64,000 nt of DNA, taken from Acidaminococcales bacterium. Its GTDB lineage: Bacteria > Bacillota > Negativicutes > Acidaminococcales > JAISLQ01. Positions 37,115 through 45,853 of this stretch are shown piece by piece. The stretch covers positions 1,514-65,513 of the forward strand of contig JAISLQ010000059.1 in NCBI GenBank assembly GCA_031290885.1, in the 5' to 3' direction. The notes below the pieces were generated by a model. The model had not been told where the DNA came from. It searched no databases and worked only from the letters and a program-made list of their open reading frames with translations. A program made the position numbers and the translations under genes. Within the stretch, counting starts at the first letter, position 1, and each line of letters opens with the position of its first letter.

Positions 37115-37321
37115 TTACTTGCCCCCGTGCATATTGGATTCTTTAGATTCACGCGCCGCCTTTGTCCTGCCATCAAGCGGCTTTTGTGTGCCCTTGGGAA
37201 TCACCCACATATCTGCCAACTTAGTTGCGCCGTTCACCTGCCCGTTATCGCATAGCGCTTGGACACGTCGCACTGTTATGCCCCATTCATCGGCAGCCTG
37301 TTTTGTGGTTATCCAATCCAT
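37115..37321 (-). CDS. small helix-turn-helix DNA-binding protein (excisionase/MerR-like HTH, 68 aa)
   Basis: MDWITTKQAADEWGITVRRVQALCDNGQV is a typical HTH_17-like motif. SD GAGGTG lies 5 nt upstream of ATG 37321. The stop is 3 nt before the methyltransferase ATG. Confidence 0.7.
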   Translation of the reverse strand: MDWITTKQAADEWGITVRRVQALCDNGQVNGATKLADMWVIPKGTQKPLDGRTKAARESKESNMHGGK

Positions 37322-37360
37322 CGTTTCACCTCGCGCCCCGACCATCCGACAACTCAATTC

Positions 37361-37395
37361 ATTATACAGCGTCACAACGAATAAAGAAAGGGCTT
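37361..37395 (-). promoter_or_regulatory. candidate extended -10 promoter for the HTH-MTase-nuclease operon
   Basis: The minus strand reads TGTATAAT (an extended -10, with TATAAT at plus 37361-37366). The -35 is weak (TTTCTT) at 17-nt spacing. The element lies about 35 nt upstream of the HTH start. Confidence 0.35.
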
Positions 37396-37477
37396 TTTTC
37401 TCCACGCCAAACTATGTCCTTGACAAACGCTCCCGAACGAACATGCAATGACCGGCGCCTGCCACGTCAGGGATTTT

Positions 37478-37537
37478 CCCGGACAAAGAGGGCGGGGCCC
37501 CCGCGATTTCGCGGGGGCCCCGCCCTCTTTGTCCGGG
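37478..37537. repeat. 60-bp perfect GC-rich palindrome (29-bp arms, 2-nt centre)
   Basis: CCCGGACAAAGAGGGCGGGGCCCCCGCGA-TT-TCGCGGGGGCCCCGCCCTCTTTGTCCGGG, read directly from the sequence. No U-tract follows on either side. Confidence 0.95.
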
Positions 37538-37785
37538 AACGGCCCGGGGGCATGGCCGAACCTGCCGCCCCAAAACCGCCGCTGGCACAGGAGCGTCTCT
37601 TTCTCCCCGTGCATAATTGTAGCACGGGCGGGATGCTTGTCGGTTTTCACGGCAGGTTCGGCAGGCAACACAATATAAAGAATGTTTCTTGGCATAAATA
37701 GAAAAAACCAGCCGACAAGCTGTTTGCGTATTTCGTGCGCGCCGGACAGTCGCTCAAATGGAGGTGGGGTTTTTCCGAGCCGCGT

Positions 37786-38304
37786 TCAGTCGTCCCGCCT
37801 AAGTTTTTCCAGCCTGGTTACGACCTCCGAAGCAAGGCGCTCGGACACTTCCCGGCGACCGGCCAAAAGCCCGCCGCCGCCCGCTTCGGCGATCGCGCGG
37901 CCTGTTTTCAGGCAATCGCCAATAAATTCGCCGACGGCCAGGCGGTAAGCGCCCATGCCCAACACGGCCATTTGTTCGCTTTGGTCGCCGGTAACGACAA
38001 AGACGTCGTTCTTTTCCCGCAAAAGGCGGTAAGCAGCCTTTTCTATATATGAATCGGCAGTTTCGCCTTCGGCGGTGAACACCACGTCAACCCCTGGCCG
38101 GTGTTCCACCACGGCATCACCTTTCGCCGCGTAGGCATCGAACACGACGGCCGGAAGGCAGCCCTTAAAAGAGGCGTAATCAGCTATAGTGTCCGCCAGC
38201 CGGTCGCGGGCGTGCGACAGATCCGCCACCCGCAGCTTGTCAAAGGCCGGCCAGTTATGAAGCACATTGTAACCGTCCACAAGCAGCCAGGCGCCTTTGT
38301 TCAT
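37786..38304 (-). CDS. NYN-domain ribonuclease YacP/Rae1 family
   Basis: LLVDGYNV, VVFDAY and the acidic motif TADSYIE are present. Position after rlmB is conserved, with a 4-nt overlap. Confidence 0.85.
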   Translation of the reverse strand: MNKGAWLLVDGYNVLHNWPAFDKLRVADLSHARDRLADTIADYASFKGCLPAVVFDAYAAKGDAVVEHRPGVDVVFTAEGETADSYIEKAAYRLLREKNDVFVVTGDQSEQMAVLGMGAYRLAVGEFIGDCLKTGRAIAEAGGGGLLAGRREVSERLASEVVTRLEKLRRDD

Positions 38305-39050
38305 AAGTGTTTCCCCGCGCCGCGCTTTCTCAACACTTCGTAAATAAGCAGGGCGGCCGCGACTGACGCGTTCAGCGTCAAGGCTTTTCCCGGCATGGGG
38401 ATGCGGACGACGATGTCGCAGGTTTCCCTGACCAGCCTCGCCATGCCTTTATCTTCGCCGCCGATGACCAGCGCCAGCGGCCAATCAAGTTCCGCCTCCC
38501 GGTAATCGGCGCCCGCGCCCGCGTCAGCCCCGACTATCCACAAACCCCGCTTTTTCAGTTCTTTCAGCGTCCCGGTTATGTTGCCGATCCGCACGATCGG
38601 AATATGTTCGGCTCCGCCCGCCGCCGCGCGCATGACCGCCGGCGTTATCTGGCAGCCGCGCTTTTCGGGGATGAGCGCCCCGTGGGCGCCGGCGGCGGCG
38701 GCGGTACGGATGATCGCGCCGGTATTGTGCGGGTCTTGAATCCCGGCCAGCAACACCAGAAAAGGCGGTTCATTTTTGGCGGCGGCCGCCGCCAGCGCGT
38801 CTTCTATTTCCCGGTAATGAATTTGCGCGGCAAAAGCGGCCACCCCTTGGTGCGGCGTCCCTTTGGCTATCGCATCCAGGCGGGCTTTCGGGGCCGTGTT
38901 TACCGGCACGCCCTTTTCCCCGGCCAGGTAAAGCAGTTCTTTTATGCTGCCCTGCCGCGGCCCTTCCTGCACGATTACGCGGTCGATCTCCCGGCCGGCT
39001 TTCAGCGCTTCCAGCACGCTTTTGCGCCCGAGCAAAAGGTCATCGGCCAT
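38301..39050 (-). CDS. rlmB: 23S rRNA (guanosine-2'-O)-methyltransferase RlmB (SpoU/TrmH family)
   Basis: It has an N-terminal L30e-like substrate-binding region and SpoU motifs (DPHNTGAIIRTA, LVIGGEDKGM, IPMPGKALTLNASVAAA). Confidence 0.9.
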   Translation of the reverse strand: MADDLLLGRKSVLEALKAGREIDRVIVQEGPRQGSIKELLYLAGEKGVPVNTAPKARLDAIAKGTPHQGVAAFAAQIHYREIEDALAAAAAKNEPPFLVLLAGIQDPHNTGAIIRTAAAAGAHGALIPEKRGCQITPAVMRAAAGGAEHIPIVRIGNITGTLKELKKRGLWIVGADAGAGADYREAELDWPLALVIGGEDKGMARLVRETCDIVVRIPMPGKALTLNASVAAALLIYEVLRKRGAGKHL

Positions 39051-39741
39051 CGCGCGCCCCGTCCTCTTTTAAAAGCGCGGCCAGGCGCCCGCAGGTTTTT
39101 TCCCCTTCGCGGCAGACGCGCTCGGCAACGCAGGATGGCCCGGCTTTTTCAAAAAGCGCCGGCGCGACCGCGCGGGCTTTTCCCAACATGCCCTCCGCCA
39201 GCCGCCTGATTTCCCATTGCGCCCGCAAGCAGCAGCGCAATTGAAAAAAGTTAAGCAAAGAGCGCGCGTTCATCGTTATGATGATCCGCGTGCCCGCCGC
39301 GTTGGGAAGGACGTAACGCGCGTCTTCTTTGTCTATTCCAAGGGCGGTAAGCTCGTTATAGGTCTTTTGGATTTCGTCCATCAGCAGATGAAATTTTTGT
39401 TTGGCCGCCGGGTTGTTTTCTACCGACAAAGGAGTTATCGCGGCAAAGTCGCCTTCAAACACGTACCGCTGCGATTGCTGCGAATAGGACGCTATCCGGT
39501 GGCGCACCAGTTGATGGGTCAAAACGCGCGAGATGCCTTCCGCCGCGAAAGTAAAGGAAGCGTGCTCAAATGTGGACAAATGCCCCATTGCCGCCAGCCG
39601 GCGGACAAAGCCGCGCGCGGACGCTTCATCAAGCCGTGCAGCCAACTCGCCGAGTCCGGACGGCGAATAGCAGAGCCGCCCCGCCAGGGCGACCGCCCGC
39701 TCCGGTTCCGGCGTGTAATATAAAAGTTCGACATTCATCAA
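39040..39741 (-). CDS. thyX: FAD-dependent thymidylate synthase ThyX
   Basis: The ThyX motif RHRIASYSQQSQRY is present. The product is 233 aa. Confidence 0.9.
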   Translation of the reverse strand: MMNVELLYYTPEPERAVALAGRLCYSPSGLGELAARLDEASARGFVRRLAAMGHLSTFEHASFTFAAEGISRVLTHQLVRHRIASYSQQSQRYVFEGDFAAITPLSVENNPAAKQKFHLLMDEIQKTYNELTALGIDKEDARYVLPNAAGTRIIITMNARSLLNFFQLRCCLRAQWEIRRLAEGMLGKARAVAPALFEKAGPSCVAERVCREGEKTCGRLAALLKEDGARDGR

Positions 39742-40205
39742 TCAATTGCCCTTTTTCGTAAGTTTTCGACCAAGAAACAGAAAGCCTTGTCCATCAGTAA
39801 ACAAAGCCGCCCACTATCCCCGCGCCAATGCAGCCAGCCCAGCAAGCACTCGAAGCCCGTGCTTTGCCGGTATTCGCGTACCGTGGCGTTTTTGGGCGCG
39901 GAAGATTTGGCGTTGCTCCCGCGGCGGACAACCGCCGCTTCCTCCGGCACCAAAAGCGGCCAAATTTCATCCAGCGCACTTGCCTGCGCCGCCGCGCAAA
40001 CAATCTGCGCGCCCACATCGTTGAGTACGCGCACTTTGCCGCGCTCGGCTGCCGCCAGCCGCTCGCGGACGTAGAGGGAAAACACCGCGTCGCCTATGTA
40101 GGCCAGAACCAAGGGCGCGGGCTGCGGCGTTCTTTCCCGACTGTCCGCCAAGATGGCTAAAGAGAGAAGTTTTTCTTTTAAAAAGCGGTATTGCTCAAAC
40201 CTCAT
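39738..40205 (-). CDS. mrnC: mini-ribonuclease 3
   Basis: The RNase III-like motif LAYIGDAVFSLYVRE is present. The position after cysS, with an ATGA overlap, matches Bacillus gene order. Confidence 0.85.
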   Translation of the reverse strand: MRFEQYRFLKEKLLSLAILADSRERTPQPAPLVLAYIGDAVFSLYVRERLAAAERGKVRVLNDVGAQIVCAAAQASALDEIWPLLVPEEAAVVRRGSNAKSSAPKNATVREYRQSTGFECLLGWLHWRGDSGRLCLLMDKAFCFLVENLRKRAID

Positions 40206-41632
40206 TTAAATTTCCATTGTACTCCCCGCGGCGTGTCTTCAAGCATGACGCCGATCTGCGACAGATCGTTCCTGATGCTGTCCGCCGTTTTGTAATCTTT
40301 GCCTTCCCTGGCCGCCTGGCGCAGTTTTATCAGCACGGCCATGACGTCAGCCGTTTTGCCGTCCGCTTCCGGCTTGCCGCCCGTTTCCAAAACGCCGAGG
40401 ATCGCGCACGTCATGCCGAACACGTCGTCCGCCGTTTGAATGGCTTTGCCGTCAGGCGGTTCCCCGCCTTCGACCTTTTGCGCGTAAATATTTATTTCTT
40501 TGGCTAAAGCAAACAGGTAACTGACGGCCAGCGCCGTATTAAAGTCATCGTCCATGGCGGCGATGAAGTCAGCTTTCAGCCTGAGCGCCGACGCCATAAG
40601 TTCGGCGCCGGCCGCATTCGGCCCGCGGCCGGGCAGGGACTTTAGCCGAGCGAGACATTCTTTCGCCGTGCCCAGACGCTCCAGAGCGCGCTTTGCGTCA
40701 TCCATCAGTTCGCCGCTGAAGTCAAGCGGGCTGCGGTAATGGGTGGCCAAGAGGAAAAACCGCAAGACTTGCGGATCGTATTTTTCCAATATGTCTTTCA
40801 CTAGGAAAAAATTGCCCAATGATTTGGACATTTTTTCTTTGTTTAAGGTGATAAACCCGTTGTGCAGCCAGTAACGGACAAAAGGCCGGCAGCCCGTGGC
40901 CGCTTCCGCCTGGGCGATTTCGTTTTCATGATGCGGGAAGATAAGATCGCTCCCGCCGCCGTGCAAATCAAACCCTGCCCCAAGATAGCGCAAAGACATG
41001 GCCGAACACTCAATATGCCAGCCCGGCCGCCCCCGTCCCCAGGGGCTTTCCCAGGAAGGCTCTCCCGGGCGGGCCGCTTTCCAAAGGGCAAAGTCCATCG
41101 GGTGCTCTTTGTTTTCGTCCACATCCACCCGCGCTCCGGCCTGCATATCGGCAAGGTTGCGTTTGGACAGTTTCCCGTAATCATGAAAATTTTCCACCCG
41201 GTAATAAACATTGCCGTCCGAGGCGTAGGCGTAACCTTTTTCGACCAGGGACGCCGCCATGGCGACGACCTCGCTTATATGCTCCGACACTCTGGGGTAA
41301 ATATGGGCCCTTTTTATGCCGAGCCGATCCATGGCCGCAAAATAGCTTTCGATATATTTGTCGGCGACCTCGCGCCAGGAAAGGGTTTCCGCCTGGGCGT
41401 TTTTAATTATCTTGTCGTCAATGTCGGTAAAGTTCTGCACATGCAGCACATCATAGCCCGAATATTCCAAATAACGGCGGAACACGTCCCATGTAACAAA
41501 GGGGCGGGCGTTGCCGATATGCGGGTGGTTGTAGGGGGTAACGCCGCAAACATATATTTTCGCCCGGCCGGGTTCCAAGGGAATAAAATCTTCTTTGCCG
41601 CCGGTCAGGGTATTGTAAACTTTAAGGCTCAT
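40202..41632 (-). CDS. cysS: cysteine--tRNA ligase
   Basis: HIGH-type HPHIGNARP and KMSKSLGN are present. The start is at MSLKVYNTLTG (ATG 41632) and overlaps the gltX 3' end. Confidence 0.95.
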   Translation of the reverse strand: MSLKVYNTLTGGKEDFIPLEPGRAKIYVCGVTPYNHPHIGNARPFVTWDVFRRYLEYSGYDVLHVQNFTDIDDKIIKNAQAETLSWREVADKYIESYFAAMDRLGIKRAHIYPRVSEHISEVVAMAASLVEKGYAYASDGNVYYRVENFHDYGKLSKRNLADMQAGARVDVDENKEHPMDFALWKAARPGEPSWESPWGRGRPGWHIECSAMSLRYLGAGFDLHGGGSDLIFPHHENEIAQAEAATGCRPFVRYWLHNGFITLNKEKMSKSLGNFFLVKDILEKYDPQVLRFFLLATHYRSPLDFSGELMDDAKRALERLGTAKECLARLKSLPGRGPNAAGAELMASALRLKADFIAAMDDDFNTALAVSYLFALAKEINIYAQKVEGGEPPDGKAIQTADDVFGMTCAILGVLETGGKPEADGKTADVMAVLIKLRQAAREGKDYKTADSIRNDLSQIGVMLEDTPRGVQWKFK

Positions 41633-43115
41633 CCTGTCCCCCCGCCCTTTCCGCCGATATTTTCGCAAGGCTGCAGTCTACCCTCTTTATTAGCGCCGGT
41701 GCCCCTAAAAGCGGGATGATTTGCGTAAGTTCCGGGCCGTGCATCTTGCCGGTAAGGGCTACCCGCACCGGCATATATACCTTTTTGCCGGGAAGCCCGC
41801 TTTTTTTGGCCAATTCTTTTAAAAGAGCCTTTACGCTTGGAAGGGACAAATCTTTTGCCGCGCCCACCAGCGATTTGAAGTCTGCCAGCACTTTCCCGGC
41901 GCTCGCCTCCTTGAGCGCCGCTTTTGCTTCTTCGTTTTCAAAGTCAAATTCATCTTCAAAATATAGCTTTATATGCTCCGGGATCTGTGCCGCGCAAGAA
42001 ACATGTTCCCGCGCCGTTGCCACGACCTTGAGCAGCCAGCTTTTCTCCCGCGACCCTTCGGCTGGCAACAGGCCGCTGTCCAAAAGTTGAGGCAATGCCA
42101 AAGCGTAAAATTCCTCGTCCGACAATTTCCTGATATGCTGGGCGTTTATCCAGTTGAGTTTTTCCAAGTCAAAAATCGCGGGGCTTTTCGCGCAGTGGGA
42201 CAGGGAAAAATCCTCCACCAGTTCCGCCGCCGTGAATATTTCCCGCTCATCGGCCGGCGCCCAGCCGAGCAGGGCCAAAAAGTTCAAAAGGCCTTCCCGC
42301 AGGTAACCCTGCCGCCGGTACATTTCCACCGAAGTTGCGCCGTGGCGTTTGCTCATTTTGCTGCGGTCCTTGCCGAGAATAAGGGAAATATGGCCGAATT
42401 TCGGCGGCGCAAAACCCAGCCCCCGGTAAACAAGCATCTGCCGCGGCGTGTTTGGCAGATGCTCCTCGCCCCTTATGACATGGGTAATCGCCATCAAAGC
42501 GTCGTCTATGGCCACCGCGTAATTATAAGTCGGAAGGCCGTCCGATTTGACAATGATGAAATCGCCTATGCCGTTCGAGTCAAAAACTACCTCGCCGCGC
42601 ACAAGGTCGTCAACCACTATCGCTTGATCCGGCGGCACGAGAAACCTGACCGCCGGTTTCCTGCCTTCTTTTTCGTATTGTTCCCGCCGCGCGGCGTCAA
42701 GCTGACGGCATTTGCCGGAATATTTCGGCGCCTGCCCCCGGGCCAGCGCCGCTTGCCGCTCTTGTTCCAGTTCCTCGCCGCTGCAAAAGCAATGGTAGGC
42801 CTGGCCTCTTTCCATGAGCTTTCGCGTATATTCCTTGTATATGGCCGTCCGCTCGGTCTGGCGATAAGGAGCGTACTCTCCTCCCGCGTCTACGCCCTCG
42901 TCCCAGGCAAGCCCCAGCCAGCGCAAGGCGTCCTTGATGCTTTCCTCCGACTCGGAGCTGGAGCGTTCCAGATCCGTATCCTCAATCCGCAGGATAAATT
43001 TGCCGCCGGCCTTTTTGGCCAGCAGCCAATTAAACAGCGCCGAACGAGCGCCGCCGATATGCAAAGGCCCGGTGGGGCTGGGCGCGAAGCGTACTCTCAC
43101 TTGGTTGCTTTCCAT
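41622..43115 (-). CDS. gltX: glutamate--tRNA ligase
   Basis: RFAPSPTGPLHIGGARSAL and KMSKRHG are present. The start is ATG 43115, with in-frame GTG 43130 as an alternative. Confidence 0.95.
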   Translation of the reverse strand: MESNQVRVRFAPSPTGPLHIGGARSALFNWLLAKKAGGKFILRIEDTDLERSSSESEESIKDALRWLGLAWDEGVDAGGEYAPYRQTERTAIYKEYTRKLMERGQAYHCFCSGEELEQERQAALARGQAPKYSGKCRQLDAARREQYEKEGRKPAVRFLVPPDQAIVVDDLVRGEVVFDSNGIGDFIIVKSDGLPTYNYAVAIDDALMAITHVIRGEEHLPNTPRQMLVYRGLGFAPPKFGHISLILGKDRSKMSKRHGATSVEMYRRQGYLREGLLNFLALLGWAPADEREIFTAAELVEDFSLSHCAKSPAIFDLEKLNWINAQHIRKLSDEEFYALALPQLLDSGLLPAEGSREKSWLLKVVATAREHVSCAAQIPEHIKLYFEDEFDFENEEAKAALKEASAGKVLADFKSLVGAAKDLSLPSVKALLKELAKKSGLPGKKVYMPVRVALTGKMHGPELTQIIPLLGAPALIKRVDCSLAKISAERAGGQDEP

Positions 43116-43133
43116 AATGATTTCACGCACTCC

Positions 43134-43616
43134 TCATAGAAACTTTACGATACTTGCCACAGCCTCGGCGGCTATCCCTTCGCCGCGACCGACAAAGCCA
43201 AGCAGTTCGGTCGTCGTAGCTTTTACGTTGACGGCCTGGGCGCTGACGCGGCATATTTGCGCAATGTTCTCCCGCATTTTTTCTATATAAGGCGCCATTT
43301 TAGGCGCCTGCGCCACGACTACGGCATCTATATTGTTCACCCGCCAGCCGACCGCATGCAAAAGCTCTATTACTTCGGCCAAAAGCGCAAGGCTGGAGGC
43401 GTCTTTGTAACGCTCATCGGTGTCGGGGAAATGCCGCCCGATGTCGCCCAGCCCGGCCGCCCCCAAAAGGGCATCGGCTATGGCGTGGGTAAGCGCGTCA
43501 GCATCGGAATGTCCCAAAAGCCCACGCTCATGCTCAATGGCAACGCCGCCTATGATCAGGCGCCGGCCGGGCGACAGGGCATGCACGTCAAATCCGTTCC
43601 CAATGCGAAAATCCAT
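43134..43616 (-). CDS. ispF: 2-C-methyl-D-erythritol 2,4-cyclodiphosphate synthase
   Basis: RIGNGFDVH and [11 protein letters not shown] are present. The product is 160 aa. Confidence 0.95.
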   Translation of the reverse strand: MDFRIGNGFDVHALSPGRRLIIGGVAIEHERGLLGHSDADALTHAIADALLGAAGLGDIGRHFPDTDERYKDASSLALLAEVIELLHAVGWRVNNIDAVVVAQAPKMAPYIEKMRENIAQICRVSAQAVNVKATTTELLGFVGRGEGIAAEAVASIVKFL

Positions 43617-44309
43617 TCATTCCCCGCCAAGCAGCTTCTCAGCCAAAAAAATATCCATGGCGGTGGTTATTTTTATATTGCATGGATCACCCTCCGCCAC
43701 CGCTACCCGGTATCCGACGTTTTCCACCAGCGATGCGTCATCCGTGCCGAAAAAACCTTCGTTTTCCGCTTTCGCGTAAGCATCGGCAATTATTTTGCGG
43801 GAAAATATCTGCGGCGTCTGGGCAAACATTACATGCGCGCGATCTGCGGTGCTCTCAATCAAATTGTTGCGCACAAACTTGACCGTGTCATGGATGCCGG
43901 CGGCCGCAATCGCCGCGCCGGTTTTGTGCGCGGCCGCCAATACCCGTTCAAAAACCGGGGCGGCAATCAAAGGGCGCGCGCCATCGTGTATCGCGACAAA
44001 TTCGCAATCCGCCGGCACTTGTTTAAGCGCGTTGCCCACAGAGCGCTGGCGCGTTTCCCCTCCCGGCACTGCCGCGCAGACAAGGCGCGGAAAGAATTTT
44101 CTGTATTCTGCAAGCAATTCCCGAACGTGCGCCAATTCTTCCGGCGCGGCCGCAACAGTTACGGCCTCGCAAGCCGAACAGGCGTTGAGCGCTTTCAAAG
44201 TGCAAACCAAAACAGGCAGATCGCCGATCTTAATATACATTTTGTTCACGCCGGCGCCCAAGCGCAGCCCGCGGCCAGCCGCCGGCAAGATTGTATGAAG
44301 TTTTCCCAT
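43617..44309 (-). CDS. ispD: 2-C-methyl-D-erythritol 4-phosphate cytidylyltransferase
   Basis: ILPAAGRGLRLG is present. The gene is contiguous with ispF. Confidence 0.9.
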   Translation of the reverse strand: MGKLHTILPAAGRGLRLGAGVNKMYIKIGDLPVLVCTLKALNACSACEAVTVAAAPEELAHVRELLAEYRKFFPRLVCAAVPGGETRQRSVGNALKQVPADCEFVAIHDGARPLIAAPVFERVLAAAHKTGAAIAAAGIHDTVKFVRNNLIESTADRAHVMFAQTPQIFSRKIIADAYAKAENEGFFGTDDASLVENVGYRVAVAEGDPCNIKITTAMDIFLAEKLLGGE

Positions 44310-44327
44310 CGTTTTCTCCTTTGCGAA

Positions 44328-45434
44328 TCACTTTAGTTTCGCAAAAACCATTTTCCCGGCCGCCGTCTGCAAAACGGACGTAACGATGACTTCCATCATC
44401 TCGCCTATGCGCTGGCGCGCGCCTTCGACGATGATTATCGTCCCATCGTCAAGATAGGCCACGCCCTGGTTAAATTCCTTGCCTTCCCTGATGATGTTTA
44501 CCGTCATTTCCTCGCCCGGCAGGACGGCGGTCTTTACCGAATTGGCCAGCTCATTTATGTTGAGCACGCGCACCCCTTGCAACTCCGCCACTTTGTTCAG
44601 GTTATAATCGTTGGTAACGACGCTCGCGCCCAATTCCTGCCCCAGCCTGACCAATTTGGAGTCAACTTCCGTCAGGTCGTCGTAATCATAATCGACAATT
44701 TCCACCGCGCAATAACCATCGTCGCGCATCTCCTGCAAAACGCCCAAGCCGCGCCGGCCGCGGCCGCGCTTCATGGCATCGGCGGAGTCGGCTATGCGCT
44801 GCAATTCCTCAAGCACGAACTGGGGTACAAGCAACGTCCCTTCTAAAAAGCGCGTCTTGCAGATATCCGCAATCCGTCCGTCGATAATAACGCTTGTATC
44901 GAGTATTTTACTGGAAACGGCGGGACTTGTGGCCGCTATTTTTGGCTTTTTCACGCTTTTTTCGCGAAAAAGCGGTTTGCCGATTTTAATGATGTCCTGC
45001 TTTTTGGCAAGCGCGAGTTTCACGCCGGCAATGCCTAATACCACGCTCAACACGATTGGCAGATAATGGCCGATAAACGGCAGGTGGGAAGCGGCGCTCC
45101 CCAAGAGATTCGCCATGATGAGGGCTATTATGAGCCCGGCGGCGCCAATGGCAATCTCGCTTGTCGGCAATTCCGCCAACATATTGAGGACAAGCGCCGA
45201 GCAGATGTAGATGTATTTTATAATTAAAGGCGCTAAAAAATAACCCAAAATGCCGCAAGCGGCAAACCCAAACAAGTACGACAAGATGGATGTAAGCGGG
45301 ACGCTGAACAAGCCAATGTCCAAAACGACCGGCTCGACCAGTATGGAAACAAACGTCATTATATAAAGCCCAAGCAAGAGGCCGCTGAAGGAAAAAACCA
45401 CGACAATAACTATGCGCCAAATTTTCTCCAGCAT
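44328..45434 (-). CDS. PIN/TRAM domain membrane protein (YacL family)
   Basis: N-terminal transmembrane helices are followed by a PIN domain (ILDTSVIIDGRI) and a C-terminal TRAM domain. SD AAGGGGGTG lies 5 nt before ATG 45434. Position upstream of ispD is conserved. Confidence 0.85.
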   Translation of the reverse strand: MLEKIWRIVIVVVFSFSGLLLGLYIMTFVSILVEPVVLDIGLFSVPLTSILSYLFGFAACGILGYFLAPLIIKYIYICSALVLNMLAELPTSEIAIGAAGLIIALIMANLLGSAASHLPFIGHYLPIVLSVVLGIAGVKLALAKKQDIIKIGKPLFREKSVKKPKIAATSPAVSSKILDTSVIIDGRIADICKTRFLEGTLLVPQFVLEELQRIADSADAMKRGRGRRGLGVLQEMRDDGYCAVEIVDYDYDDLTEVDSKLVRLGQELGASVVTNDYNLNKVAELQGVRVLNINELANSVKTAVLPGEEMTVNIIREGKEFNQGVAYLDDGTIIIVEGARQRIGEMMEVIVTSVLQTAAGKMVFAKLK

Positions 45435-45853
45435 TTTTTCACCCCCTTGCACAAACATAATATCATCCGCGTCCGGCGCGCCGCCGCGCCCGGCAGGGCT
45501 CGGGCTTTGGCGCGTTATTTATGGCGATTGTTCGTATGCCGGGCGGCCTTTGTTTTTATAAAGTGCCACATACCTTAATAATACACAAAAATATATGCAA
45601 TAACAATGCCTACGCGCCGCCTTATGAAAAATAACTGCAAGGCCGCGAGATGCCCCCAGAGGTTTTCCAAAGAACGGCGAACTGGCACCGGCGCGGGAAA
45701 GTAGGCGTTTCGCCGCCAAAGTCCGGGCGGTTTGCCGCGAAACGCCGGAAAAGCCGACATCGCCCAAGAAACATTGCGGAAACCAAAAAGCCGCTGGCCG
45801 AAAAACAGCAACAGCGCCTACAATTATAGTAATTCAGTCTAACAATTATGCAG

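Noticed and set aside
37372-37701. 107-158-aa ORFs on both strands between the islet and yacP (a possible sigH remnant or small gene).
   Set aside because: They have no sigma-factor or other motifs and an Arg/Pro/Gly-rich composition. They span the 60-bp palindrome, so they are most likely non-coding.
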